Assembly (NCBI GenBank): GCA_030266105.1
Contig: JAJDHH010000003.1
Coordinates: forward strand, 6,269 to 70,268
From: Eubacteriales bacterium OttesenSCG-928-K08
GTDB lineage: Bacteria > Bacillota > Clostridia > Christensenellales > CAG-138
Reading direction: 5' to 3'
DNA: 64,000 nt
The translations under genes and the position numbers were made by a program. Shown here in pieces: positions 47,968 through 57,426 of this stretch; position 1 is the first letter of the stretch; each line of letters starts with the position of its first letter. Below the pieces are notes generated by a model. That model was given only the letters and a program-made list of their open reading frames with translations. It was not told the DNA's origin and did not search any database.

Positions 47968-48984
47968 TTACCTCACACTCGCCTTTTGCCGAAATAGCAT
48001 CCATGCAAAAAACGGTGCGCCGAGCAATCCGGTCAAAATAGAAAGCGGTATTTCCAGCGAGGTTGCCGCGCGTGCGGCTGTATCCACCACCAGCATAAAC
48101 AGTGCGCCAAGCAGTGCCGTCACCGGCAGCATTTTTGTGTGATCGGAGCCTGCGAGCATGCGCCCAAGGTGCGGCATTATAAGGCCTATCCAGCCGATGG
48201 TGCCGCTGATGCTGACTGCGCTTGCCGTTAACAGGCTTGCGATAACGATAAGCCCGCCGCGAAAAATGGGCACATTCATTCCCAGTGAACGTGCTTCCAC
48301 CTCGCCAAATGAGAGTATGTTGATGCGCCACGAGAGGCACAGCAAAAGAACAACACCTATAAGGAAAATGGGGGATATGGCTACGATATCGGTGCCTTTG
48401 ATGGAGGCGATGCTGCCCATTTGCCAGAAGACTATGGCGCTCATTTCAACCGTACCCTCTGCAATAAATTTCATAACGCCAAGCACGGAATCCATAAAGC
48501 CACGCACGATCATGCCCGCCAGCACCAGCATGAGGTTGCTTGTGTTGCGCATGACGCGTGGTATCATCACTGTGAGGCAGACCGCGCCGATGCCAAAAAA
48601 GAACGCAAAAAGCTGCCGCTGCAGCACGCCAAGCCCAAGCAATATTGCAAGCGCCGCACCTACACATGCTCCCGATGTAACGCCTAAAAACTCGGGTGAA
48701 ACAAGAGGGTTTCGAAATACGCCCTGATAAACAGCGCCGGAAACTGAAAGCATGGCGCCCACCATCATGGCAGCAAATACGCGCGGAATGCGGATGACAA
48801 ACAGCACGGTTTCCATTGTTTCATCCGTTGAAGTGTTTAAGCCAAGGCGGCTGCCTATTGCCCGCAGCACATCGAATGGGTTCATGCTGTAACGCCCTAC
48901 GCACAAGGCAAGCATTGCCCCGCCAACAAGCAGCGCAGCCAGTAATATAATTAACCTGATAAAGGAGGTTTTGTTTTTCATCAT
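47968..48984 (-). CDS. Type-II ABC importer permease (FecCD/BtuC/MolB-like)
   Basis: RIPRV, QGVFRNPLVSP..LGV.SGA, G.IGWIGL..PH, EIP..I.T...GAPFF. Confidence 0.92.
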   Translation of the reverse strand: MMKNKTSFIRLIILLAALLVGGAMLALCVGRYSMNPFDVLRAIGSRLGLNTSTDETMETVLFVIRIPRVFAAMMVGAMLSVSGAVYQGVFRNPLVSPEFLGVTSGACVGAALAILLGLGVLQRQLFAFFFGIGAVCLTVMIPRVMRNTSNLMLVLAGMIVRGFMDSVLGVMKFIAEGTVEMSAIVFWQMGSIASIKGTDIVAISPIFLIGVVLLLCLSWRINILSFGEVEARSLGMNVPIFRGGLIVIASLLTASAVSISGTIGWIGLIMPHLGRMLAGSDHTKMLPVTALLGALFMLVVDTAARAATSLEIPLSILTGLLGAPFFAWMLFRQKASVR

Positions 48985-48992
48985 AAATACCA

Positions 48993-49028
48993 CACGAAAT
49001 GCAAAAGCGTGCGCTTTTGCATTTCGTG
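48993..49028. repeat. Perfect intercistronic inverted repeat
   Basis: CACGAAATGCAAAAGCG-TG-CGCTTTTGCATTTCGTG. Confidence 0.8.
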
Positions 49029-49045
49029 CATTTCATAACAATCGT

Positions 49046-50890
49046 TTATTTTATGCCAAGCTCTTCTGCCGTAAAGGTGCGGCCATATACGAGAGTATAA
49101 TATGCGTCCACATCCGCCATAAGCTCGTCTTTGGTGTATAGCTCCGGGTGCAGGTTGTTCGTTGCCCAGCAGACGCCCAGGCAGCATGATGCTGTCGGAT
49201 AATCCCATGGCTCCAGCGCAGAGGGGAATTGATACACCGCTTTGTTTTTGACGGCATTTGTTGCAGTCCAGCCCGCATCGTTGAGTATATCGTCCACTGT
49301 GTAGTCGGCGTATGCGGGAATCCAGATTACATCCGGGTTCCAAACGATGATCTGCTCGAGATTGACCTCGGCAAACTCACCCTTTACATCAATGCCGGTA
49401 ACGGCGTTTTTGCCGCCTGCGGCTTCAATGATGTAGCTTTGAATCATCGCTTCGGGCGCAACGGTCAGCATGGAGCTGCCGCCAAGGAACATTACGCTTG
49501 GTTGCCTGCTCGCCTTTGAGGAGACTTCCTTGGCTTTTGTCACCTGATTATCGAAGAATTCACAGATTTCAGCCGCGCGCGCTTCCTCGCCCAACGCCTT
49601 CGCAACCAGTGTCAGCGAGTTTTTGATGGTGTCGAAGCTTTCCGTATTGGGCAGCGCAACAATGGCGGGCACACCCACTGCCTCGTATTGCTCCGCCTGA
49701 TCGGTGAAACGCTCGGGCAGTATCGCAAGGTCGGCGCCAATTGAGGCCACCGTTTCAAAGTTGATGTTTTTGCCCTTGCCAATGGAGGTCAGGCTATCAA
49801 AATTTTCGATGACATACTGGTATAGGCCATCCGCCATTTCCTTGTTGCCAAAGCCTGCAAGGTACTTCCCGCCTCCGCCAAGCACGATGGCGGTGTTCAT
49901 GGATGGGTTGTGTGTGCCAACCACCTTTGTGGCAGCACCGGGCAGCGTTACCGTGCGGCCAACAACGTCAGTCAGCGCAATTTCACCCGCCATGGTGAAG
50001 AAAAGCTGCTCGCCGTATTCAGCAACGCCATATGAGTCTATCAATTGCGTGGCTTTTTCGCCCTGCATCCATTCGATGAAGGCGTTTGCGCCATCGATGT
50101 TGGTGTCCGCCCATTTGTCGGGGGAGATTGCCAGCATGGAGTATGTGTTTTTCATCTCATCAGAACGCTCCAACAGCAGATTAAGCTGTGGGCGCATTTC
50201 ATGCGCGAGATAGGTGGCCTTGTCGCTAAGCACATATGCCTGCTCTTCGGCGGCCATTGTAATGCACGCGCCCATGCCCTGCCCGGCGGAAACATACCAG
50301 CTATCCTTTTCGGGGTTGGGTTCGATTTGCGCGGCAGCCCATATTTTGTTCTCCGCGTTGTGCGTGCCGCTGCTGTCGCCGCGGGAGATGAATGTAAACC
50401 CGCCTTCGGCAATGGCTTTAAACGCCTCGGTGGCGTTTGCAGCGCTTCCAACGCCTGCCGGATCGTCCGCCGGGCCAAGTATCACAAAATAGTTGTACAT
50501 GAAGGGAATACGCTCAGCCGCAAAGCCTTCCGATATGAATGTTTCCTCTGCGGATTTTGAGTGCACGAGCAGCGCGTCGGCATCGCCTGTGCGGCCTTTT
50601 TCAATCGCTGCGCCTGTGCCTGCGGATGTGATTTCAAGTTTGTATCCGGTGTCCGCCTCAAATTCCGGCTGCAGGTAGGGCAACAGGCCGGAGTCATTAA
50701 CGGATGTTGTTGTTGAAAGCCTTATGATTGGGTTGGCGGGCCCTTCGTCAGCCGGTTCAGGGCTGGGCGCCACATCAACAACGGGCGCTTCGGGTGTTGG
50801 ATCTGCTGATGGTTGTGTTGCAGGCGTGCATGCAACCATGCCAAGCACAAGCAACAACGCAAGAATAATAGTGAGTGGTCTGTTCTTCAT
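49046..50890 (-). CDS. tupA: Lipoprotein: TupA tungstate-binding domain fused to a helical-backbone (Peripla_BP_2) binding domain
   Basis: Lipobox MVAC; RLSTTTSVNDSGLL, GTG.A, SRGDSSGTH, GQGMG; from about aa 300 TDVVGRTVTLP, NFETV, NLEQIIVWNPDVI, AVKNK.VY. Confidence 0.88.
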   Translation of the reverse strand: MKNRPLTIILALLLVLGMVACTPATQPSADPTPEAPVVDVAPSPEPADEGPANPIIRLSTTTSVNDSGLLPYLQPEFEADTGYKLEITSAGTGAAIEKGRTGDADALLVHSKSAEETFISEGFAAERIPFMYNYFVILGPADDPAGVGSAANATEAFKAIAEGGFTFISRGDSSGTHNAENKIWAAAQIEPNPEKDSWYVSAGQGMGACITMAAEEQAYVLSDKATYLAHEMRPQLNLLLERSDEMKNTYSMLAISPDKWADTNIDGANAFIEWMQGEKATQLIDSYGVAEYGEQLFFTMAGEIALTDVVGRTVTLPGAATKVVGTHNPSMNTAIVLGGGGKYLAGFGNKEMADGLYQYVIENFDSLTSIGKGKNINFETVASIGADLAILPERFTDQAEQYEAVGVPAIVALPNTESFDTIKNSLTLVAKALGEEARAAEICEFFDNQVTKAKEVSSKASRQPSVMFLGGSSMLTVAPEAMIQSYIIEAAGGKNAVTGIDVKGEFAEVNLEQIIVWNPDVIWIPAYADYTVDDILNDAGWTATNAVKNKAVYQFPSALEPWDYPTASCCLGVCWATNNLHPELYTKDELMADVDAYYTLVYGRTFTAEELGIK

Positions 50891-50895
50891 TTGAG

Positions 50896-50996
50896 TTCTC
50901 TCCTTTTCAAATTGGGAGGCATTGCCGTTTCCAGCAATACCCTATCGTGGAAAATCCATGGCGCTAACGCTTTAGGATTGAACCATCGGAGTAGAA
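50896..50996 (-). ncRNA. Moco/Wco riboswitch, translational type
   Basis: Minus strand CTCCGA...CCTAA...CATGG...GGTATTGCTG-GAAA-CGGCAATGCC-TCCC...AAAGGAG; the P1 3' strand is the tupA RBS. Confidence 0.88.
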
Positions 50997-51178
50997 TTTG
51001 GATGCATCCTGTACAATGTTATAGCATTTTTTCAATATAATCAAGCTTCACATCACATTTTATAGACAACAAACTACAACATTTTTGTACTATACATAAT
51101 ATATGAAAAAATTGACCTAAAGCAAAAAAATGGTCATTTTGAGTGCGAATATAGCCGGTTTAGATAACAAACGGCAAA

Positions 51179-51210
51179 ATCATACCCGCCCTTTTAAGGC
51201 GGGTATGAAA
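51179..51210 (-). terminator. Terminator of the aor/bifurcating operon
   Basis: CATACCCGCC-CTTTTAA-GGCGGGTATG with T-rich tail on the minus strand. Confidence 0.7.
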
Positions 51211-51303
51211 GATACATATTTTAGTGTGACAATAACATGGCTAAATCATTGTTAAAGGGGTTTGATACACTAACAAATGTTTAACCACAGTATGCCCGCT
51301 AAT

Positions 51304-52044
51304 TTATGTAGCGGAGTAAACATCGGCCATAACAAGCGCAAGCTGTTTTTTGCGGCAGGCATCACAAAGTGTGCTGGGCTCGGTGCCAGCTTTTTCTGCT
51401 GCAAAGTTGAGCTCCTCTTGCGTGCCCATTTGTGCGCCGCAGCTTGCGCAGTGAACAAGTGTGAACGTTTTTTCCCACACAGTGCGTGTGGTTTCATTCT
51501 CATGATATTCAATGGCCTTTGTGGGGCAAACACGTGCACAGCTGCCGCAGCCAATGCAGTCGGCAGGCGGTTCATTAAAAGGCGGAGCAATTTCTTTTGT
51601 GATGCCACGGTTTACCGTGGCGATTGCCCCTGCGCCCAATGTGCTGCATGCGCGCACGCATAAGCCGCAAATTATGCACTTACCATCTTTTTCATTTAGC
51701 TTGTCAAGTGCGGGGGCGCTATAGGCCTTGCATAGTGCCGCGATGATTTCGCTTTGTGGCGCGCGCTTTTGGAGCAGCCTGAGTATTATACCACGCTGCT
51801 GTTTGATTTTTTCATTGTTGGTGTGCACCTCGCATTCGTTCAAAACGGGATAAATGCACGACACCACGGTTTTGCTCCAACCACGCTCAACAACCTCCAC
51901 AATACACACACGGCAGCAGCCCTGGCCTAATAACCCTTCGTGGTTGCAGAGCGTGGGAATATATATGCCGTTGCGCCTGGCAACTTCCAATAAAAACTCA
52001 CCCGGTTCACATGTGCAGCTTTTTCCATCTATCACGATATTCAT
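51304..52044 (-). CDS. BfuA/HydA-like FeS subunit without catalytic H-cluster
   Basis: IPTLC...G.CRVCIVE...SC 2Fe-2S; KCIICGLCVRAC, CIGCGSCARVCP; C-terminal CxxC..CxxC. Confidence 0.85.
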   Translation of the reverse strand: MNIVIDGKSCTCEPGEFLLEVARRNGIYIPTLCNHEGLLGQGCCRVCIVEVVERGWSKTVVSCIYPVLNECEVHTNNEKIKQQRGIILRLLQKRAPQSEIIAALCKAYSAPALDKLNEKDGKCIICGLCVRACSTLGAGAIATVNRGITKEIAPPFNEPPADCIGCGSCARVCPTKAIEYHENETTRTVWEKTFTLVHCASCGAQMGTQEELNFAAEKAGTEPSTLCDACRKKQLALVMADVYSAT

Positions 52045-53843
52045 TTTTGAGCCCTCCCCTGTGCCAGAATGGCCTCAAAGCGGCAGGCTTGCCGGCAGCT
52101 TCCGCACGCTATGCAGCTGCGTTGGTCAATTTCATAAGCTTGCCCTTTTTCGCCGCGAATGGCATTAACCGGGCAATTTTTCTTGCATAAGCCGCAGCTT
52201 TTGCATTTGTTTTTTTCAATAACAAATGTGGTGAGCTTTGAGCAAACACCCGCAGGGCAGTATTTGTTATGTATGTGTGCCTCATATTCATCGCGGAAGT
52301 ATTTTAGCGTGGTTAACACAGGATTTGGCGCGGATTTACCAAGCGCGCATAGCGAGCTTTCCGCAATTGTTTGGCAGAGCTGCTCCAGCAGCTCCAAATC
52401 GCCATCTTGGCCACGGCCTTCGCATATTCCGGTCAAAATATCCAGCATGTGCCTAAGCCCTTCGCGGCAGGGTGTGCATTTCCCGCAGCTTTCCTCTGTG
52501 AGGAATTTTACATAATAGCGCGCTACTTCAACCATGCAATCCCTGTCGTCCATCACGATCATGCCGCCAGAACCCATCATCGCGCCATATTGTGTCAAGG
52601 TGTCAAAGTCAACAGGTAAATCGAGCATGGCGCTGGGGATGCAGCCGCCGGAAGGCCCACCAGTTTGCACGGCTTTAAAGGGCCGGTCATCTATTATTCC
52701 GCCGCCAATGTCAAAAATCAGGTGGCGGAGGGTGGCGCCCATTTGCACTTCGACAAGTCCTGTGCGTTTAACCTTGCCAACCAGCGCAAACACCTTTGTT
52801 CCGCTGCTTGTTTTTGTGCCAAGCGTTGCATACAAAGGGCCGCCATCGCGTATGATGACGGGAATGTTGGCGAAAGTTTCAACATTGTTTAGCACTGTGG
52901 GGCAATCCCACAGGCCGCGCTGAACTGAACGGATATATTTTGCGCGGGGTTCGCCCACACGCCCTTCAATCGAGGCCATTAGTGCGGTGCTTTCGCCGCA
53001 AACAAATGCGCCGCCCCCGCGAACAACCGAGAGATTTAAAGCCTTGCCGCTGCCCATGATGTTTTTGCCCAGGAAACCAAGCTCAAGCGCGGACGCTAAC
53101 GCAGCATTTACATTTTTGAGTGCGAGGCCATATTCATCCCGAATGTAGAGGAAACCTTCGGTCGCGCCTATTGCCAGCGCACAGATTGCCATGCCCTCAA
53201 TCACGCTATGCGGGTCGCCTTCCAGTATGGATCGATCCATAAACGCACCGGGGTCGCCTTCGTCGCCATTGCACACAACATATTTGGGGAACACATCGTA
53301 TCCGGCGGCGGTTCTCCATTTGCGGCCTGTGGGAAAGCCCGCGCCGCCCCGGCCGCGAAGGCCGGAAAGCTCAACCTGCTCTATAATTTCACTGCCTGAC
53401 ATGTTGAGCGCTTTTGTAAGCGCTTCATATCCGCCCCTGGAAATGTAATCCTCAATGTTTCCAGGATCAATTTCGCCAATGTTGCGCAGCGCAATCTTAT
53501 ATTGTGGCTTGTAGAATGGGTTTTCTAGCTTGCTTTTTATGCGTTCGCCATTTTCGTTTTTGTAGAGCAGGCGCTCAACAACTTTGTTTTCCTGCAGCGC
53601 GCTTAATATATCCTGCGCATCATGAGGCTTGACTTTATAGTAAGAAATATCGTCCGGCAATATTTGAACGATTGGGCCATTCTCGCAAAATCCGTTGCAG
53701 CCCGTGCGCTTAATGTGCGCCTTAACCTCAATTTGCCCCATTACGCCCATCTTGTTTATGGCATTTTCAAGCGCCTGAACAACCTGTTCACTTCCGTTTG
53801 CCAGGCAGCCGGTTCCGCAGCATACTAATAGGGTGCGCTTCAT
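52041..53843 (-). CDS. BfuB/HydB (NuoF-like) FMN/NAD subunit
   Basis: N-terminal thioredoxin-like 2Fe-2S, GRGGAGFPTG, NGDEGDPGAFMD, GGPSGG, ESCGKCTPCREG, H....CPAGVC, 2x[4Fe-4S]. Confidence 0.93.
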   Translation of the reverse strand: MKRTLLVCCGTGCLANGSEQVVQALENAINKMGVMGQIEVKAHIKRTGCNGFCENGPIVQILPDDISYYKVKPHDAQDILSALQENKVVERLLYKNENGERIKSKLENPFYKPQYKIALRNIGEIDPGNIEDYISRGGYEALTKALNMSGSEIIEQVELSGLRGRGGAGFPTGRKWRTAAGYDVFPKYVVCNGDEGDPGAFMDRSILEGDPHSVIEGMAICALAIGATEGFLYIRDEYGLALKNVNAALASALELGFLGKNIMGSGKALNLSVVRGGGAFVCGESTALMASIEGRVGEPRAKYIRSVQRGLWDCPTVLNNVETFANIPVIIRDGGPLYATLGTKTSSGTKVFALVGKVKRTGLVEVQMGATLRHLIFDIGGGIIDDRPFKAVQTGGPSGGCIPSAMLDLPVDFDTLTQYGAMMGSGGMIVMDDRDCMVEVARYYVKFLTEESCGKCTPCREGLRHMLDILTGICEGRGQDGDLELLEQLCQTIAESSLCALGKSAPNPVLTTLKYFRDEYEAHIHNKYCPAGVCSKLTTFVIEKNKCKSCGLCKKNCPVNAIRGEKGQAYEIDQRSCIACGSCRQACRFEAILAQGRAQK

Positions 53844-54301
53844 GGTGTCACCTCCCTGTATGCGTCAATGATCTCTGGCAGCTTTTCAAGTGTGACCTTG
53901 CTGTAATAGGTTTCATCCACAACCATCACAGGCGCAATCGCACATGAACCCAGGCAGTTAACAAGCTCCAACGAAAAAAGGCCATCCTGGCTTGTTTCGC
54001 CCGGAGCTATGCCAAGCAGGCGTTCAATTCCGTCAATAAGCTGGTTTGCGCCCCGTATGTGGCAGGCCGTACCATCACAAAGCTTAATTATGTGCTTACC
54101 CTTTGCATCCAGGCTAAGCGCCTTATAGAAGGTTGCCATGGAGTAAAGTTGAGCGGTTTTGCAACCGATATGCTGGGCTAGCAGCTCAATCCCCTCGCGT
54201 GGCACATGCTTAAACTGGCGCTGCATGTCCTGCATGGCAGCAAGCGCATAACGCAGCTCTTTTGGGTATTTTGTAATGAGGGAAAGAATTTCTTCTGTCA
54301 A
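53840..54301 (-). CDS. BfuC/HydC (NuoE-like) 2Fe-2S subunit
   Basis: ATFY, CDGTACH, NCLGSCAIAP; TTG start. Confidence 0.92.
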   Translation of the reverse strand: MTEEILSLITKYPKELRYALAAMQDMQRQFKHVPREGIELLAQHIGCKTAQLYSMATFYKALSLDAKGKHIIKLCDGTACHIRGANQLIDGIERLLGIAPGETSQDGLFSLELVNCLGSCAIAPVMVVDETYYSKVTLEKLPEIIDAYREVTP

Positions 54302-54336
54302 TCTGATTCCACCCTTCGTTTGCGTTTAAAGTTTGT

Positions 54337-54609
54337 TTATCCTCCAGCAACCAGCGGGAATACAGCAACGACATTTTGCTCACTGAGCGTAGTTGCCACT
54401 CCATTAAGGTGCACAATATGGCGCCCATTAACAAGCACGATTGCGTCAGGCCCCAGCGCTTGCCTGTCCTGCGTGAGCAGTTTTTCGTAAAACGCGGGGA
54501 ATTTTTCGCAAAGCTCAATTAAAAGCGCCAACACATCCTTTGGGGGAGCTATGTTCATCTGCGCGCATTTTGTGATTTCCCGGTAGGTTGCAAAAAACTT
54601 CACAGTCAT
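54337..54609 (-). CDS. MoaD/ThiS family sulfur carrier
   Basis: VKFFAT.R, VLVNGR, FPLVAGG. Confidence 0.9.
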   Translation of the reverse strand: MTVKFFATYREITKCAQMNIAPPKDVLALLIELCEKFPAFYEKLLTQDRQALGPDAIVLVNGRHIVHLNGVATTLSEQNVVAVFPLVAGG

Positions 54610-54666
54610 ATCAACATGTTAAACTGCCGCCACGCACAGCAGGCGCTATGCGTGGCGGTCTTTCTC

Positions 54667-56463
54667 CTATATGCTTAATTGTTCGAGCTTATCGGCGGTG
54701 GGTACGCCTTCCTTATCCCAGCCGCGCAAAGTGTAGTATTCCTCCAGCATTTCGTAAAGCTCCGCAACCTTGCCCTTTGCAGGGCCGCTTGGCAGCTTTT
54801 CACGCAGCAGGCGCGGCGGCAAAGTATCCTTCTCAACACCGGCGGCAATGTTAAAGCGCTTCTCCAGGTTCCAGCAGCGCTCGCCTTTGAGGAGAATTTC
54901 TTCATCCGTCTCATCTGAGCCTATCGCCTCGCGGTATTGCGCAGAAAGCTCAGGCAATCCAATGCCAAATGTTGTAAAAAGGCAAAGGCCCAAGCTATCC
55001 ACAAGCGCCGTCAGGTCTTGGAACAGCTTTAACAGGGCGGGCTTTCCTTCTGTTTCAAGCGGGTCGGTCTTGAGCGGAACGCCGAGAATTTCTGGCGATG
55101 TCAGGTAACCGCGCACGTGGCAGCCGCCACGGTTGCTTGTTGCATACTCAAGCGCCATGCCCTGGATGGCCCGGCCATCATAGGCGGGCATTTCCTGCTT
55201 TTTGACTGACATTGAAAGCTCGGGGTGCCCATATTTTTCTGCCAGACGGTAGGAACCCAAAGCGAGTATTTCACCAAAACCTTCGCCCTTGCCAACGGCC
55301 TCGGTGAGGTTTACGACTGCGTGCGCATCGCCAAACCGCAATGGGAAGCCGATATCTTCCTCAGGGATGGCGCCCATTTCAAAAAGCTCCATCGCACAGG
55401 CGATTGTTGCGCCAAGCGTAATGGGGTCCATGCCGTATTCATTGCACAGGAAGTTCGCCTTGCAGATTGCCGCAAGATCGTTCACGCCACAATCCGCCCC
55501 AAAGGACCAGCCTGCTTCATATTCAGGGCCTTCGCCAAAGGAGGCAAACGGGCCATCCGGCACGCGGGTCACACGGCCGCAGGCAATTGAGCAGCCAAAG
55601 CAGCCTTTGTTTTTAACGAGGTAAGTATCCGCGAGCCGTTCGCCGGAGGTATCGTCCGCCTTATCAAAAACTGCGCCGTCGCGCCAGTTGCGAAGCGGGA
55701 GCGCACCACTTTCGTTGATAACGTTGACCAGCACCTCCGTGCCAAGCGCAGCAAGGCCTGCGCCCGAAACCGGGTGAGCCTTGAGTTTAGCGCGCGCATC
55801 GGCCATCGCATCCATAAAGGGCTCGGGGCGCACAACGGTTACGGAGCCTGTGCCGCGCACAACGACTGCCTTGAGCTTTTTGCTGCCCATCACAGCGCCC
55901 AGGCCGCCACGGCCTGCAGCACGGTGCTTGTCGTTCATGACTCCGCTGTAAAGGCAGCCGCGCTCACCGGTTGGGCCAATGCAGGCCACACGGAAGGATG
56001 CGCCGCAGGTTTCGTTGAGCATATCGGTGGTTTCATAAACGGTTTTGCCCCAAAGCTCTTCGGCATCCCTAAGCTCCACAATATCGTTATGGATAAACAG
56101 ATAGACGGGTTTTTCGCTCTGGTTTTCGAATATGATTCCATCGTAGCCGGCATATTTTAGCTCGGGGCCAAAGTGCCCGCCGGAGTTTGCTGCGCCAATT
56201 GTGCCTGTTAGCGGCGCTTTGGCGACAACCTCGTAGCGCCCTGAGCAGGATGCGGCAGTGGCGGTCAGCGGCCCTGTCATAAATATTAATTTATTGTCGG
56301 GGCCAAGCGGATCCACATTGGGGTCAACTTCATCGCAAAAATATTTTGTGCCCAGTCCGCGTGCGCCTACATAATCGTTAGCCGCTTTCATGTTTAAGGG
56401 TTCTTTTTTAATTTCGCCCGTTGCCAGGTTTACACGAAGTAATTTTCCAATCCAGCCGCCCAT
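54667..56463 (-). CDS. aor: Aldehyde:ferredoxin oxidoreductase (true-AOR-like tungstoenzyme)
   Basis: [67 protein letters not shown]. Confidence 0.95.
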   Translation of the reverse strand: MGGWIGKLLRVNLATGEIKKEPLNMKAANDYVGARGLGTKYFCDEVDPNVDPLGPDNKLIFMTGPLTATAASCSGRYEVVAKAPLTGTIGAANSGGHFGPELKYAGYDGIIFENQSEKPVYLFIHNDIVELRDAEELWGKTVYETTDMLNETCGASFRVACIGPTGERGCLYSGVMNDKHRAAGRGGLGAVMGSKKLKAVVVRGTGSVTVVRPEPFMDAMADARAKLKAHPVSGAGLAALGTEVLVNVINESGALPLRNWRDGAVFDKADDTSGERLADTYLVKNKGCFGCSIACGRVTRVPDGPFASFGEGPEYEAGWSFGADCGVNDLAAICKANFLCNEYGMDPITLGATIACAMELFEMGAIPEEDIGFPLRFGDAHAVVNLTEAVGKGEGFGEILALGSYRLAEKYGHPELSMSVKKQEMPAYDGRAIQGMALEYATSNRGGCHVRGYLTSPEILGVPLKTDPLETEGKPALLKLFQDLTALVDSLGLCLFTTFGIGLPELSAQYREAIGSDETDEEILLKGERCWNLEKRFNIAAGVEKDTLPPRLLREKLPSGPAKGKVAELYEMLEEYYTLRGWDKEGVPTADKLEQLSI

Positions 56464-56465
56464 GA

Positions 56466-56939
56466 TTACGCCCCCTCTCCAAATACTTCTTTGAAGCTCT
56501 CGGCCACAGCTTTTTTCCTGTCCAAATCCTCCTGCGGCTCCACATATTCAATGGCTCCCCAGGGGCAGAATTTTGCGCACTTGGGGTCGCCATCGCACAA
56601 GTCGCACTTAAACACCTTGCGCGTAATAGGGGAGTAGCTGATGTTCCCAAGCGGGCAGGCATTTTGGCACATTTTGCAGACTATGCACTTTTGCGCATTC
56701 ATCACAACCGCGCCGTTTTCGTTCCTTGAGATCGCCCCCACAGGGCAAACCTTCAGGCAGGGCGCTTCATCGCATTGAAGGCACATGATGGGGATGGAAA
56801 CCGCGGCCTGCTCATAGTCCATCACAGTAACGGCGGAAAGACATGGGTTGAACTGTTCCGTGTGGCCAAACGAGCACACAAGCTCGCAGGTACGGCACCC
56901 TACGCATTTTTCTGGTTTGATGATCAGTTGCTTGCTCAT
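56466..56939 (-). CDS. 4x[4Fe-4S] small subunit (WorS/AorA, DmsB-like)
   Basis: [15 protein letters not shown]...PC..VCP, CIVCKMC...CP, KCDLC...P.C...CP. Confidence 0.9.
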   Translation of the reverse strand: MSKQLIIKPEKCVGCRTCELVCSFGHTEQFNPCLSAVTVMDYEQAAVSIPIMCLQCDEAPCLKVCPVGAISRNENGAVVMNAQKCIVCKMCQNACPLGNISYSPITRKVFKCDLCDGDPKCAKFCPWGAIEYVEPQEDLDRKKAVAESFKEVFGEGA

Positions 56940-57011
56940 TGTTCCTTTTCCCGCGAAAAACAACGCGGGAATCCACCTCCTTTTCTAAAATATGGCATTG
57001 GAAGGTTGAGG

Positions 57012-57051
57012 AAACGAAAACCCGCAGGAAGAAAAGACTTCTTCCTGCGGG
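57012..57051 (-). terminator. Leader terminator (riboswitch expression platform)
   Basis: Minus strand CCCGCAGGAAGAA-GTCTT-TTCTTCCTGCGGG-TTTTCGTTT. Confidence 0.85.
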
Positions 57052-57148
57052 CTCCTTTGCAAGAATGGCAGGCTGCAGAGTTTCCCCCGCAACCCATTGG
57101 TCGCAATGGCCGCCTGGGTCGATTGCGACTCGGAACGCTCCTCGCAGA
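57051..57148 (-). ncRNA. Wco/Tuco-type (P3-less Moco motif) riboswitch
   Basis: Minus strand TTCCGA-GTCGCAAT...ATTGCGAC-CAAT-GGGTTGCGGG-GGAAA-CTCTGCAGCC-TGCC...AAAGGAG; no P3 stem; upstream of a W-enzyme operon. Confidence 0.8.
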
Positions 57149-57426
57149 CTATAGTAAATAGTATACACTAAAGCTAAAAAAATGAAAGCTTTTCTTTCCA
57201 AAAATACGGTATATACTGCATAAAGAATCCCATTAAATCCGTGAGTGATCTGTACATTTTACGTGAATATAGTTAAAACTAAAGCCCAATATTATGAAAA
57301 GTCGTCCTCAAAAAAATCGCATTTTTCAAAATTGATGGGTGTGCGCCTCACCTTTTGAAGGCGATACATGCTATAATGACTTCGTATTGATTTGTAGTTA
57401 TCGTTATGTTTGGTGGGGTGCTCTAT

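Noticed and set aside
51304-54301. [FeFe]-hydrogenase or complex I
   Set aside because: The 246-aa A subunit has no H-cluster motifs and there are no membrane nuo genes.
57241-57300. Rex operator upstream of the aor operon (also looked at 9970-10050 and 51240-51290)
   Set aside because: Only partial half-sites; none fits TTGTGAA/TTGTTAA-N4-TTCACAA/TTAACAA adequately.
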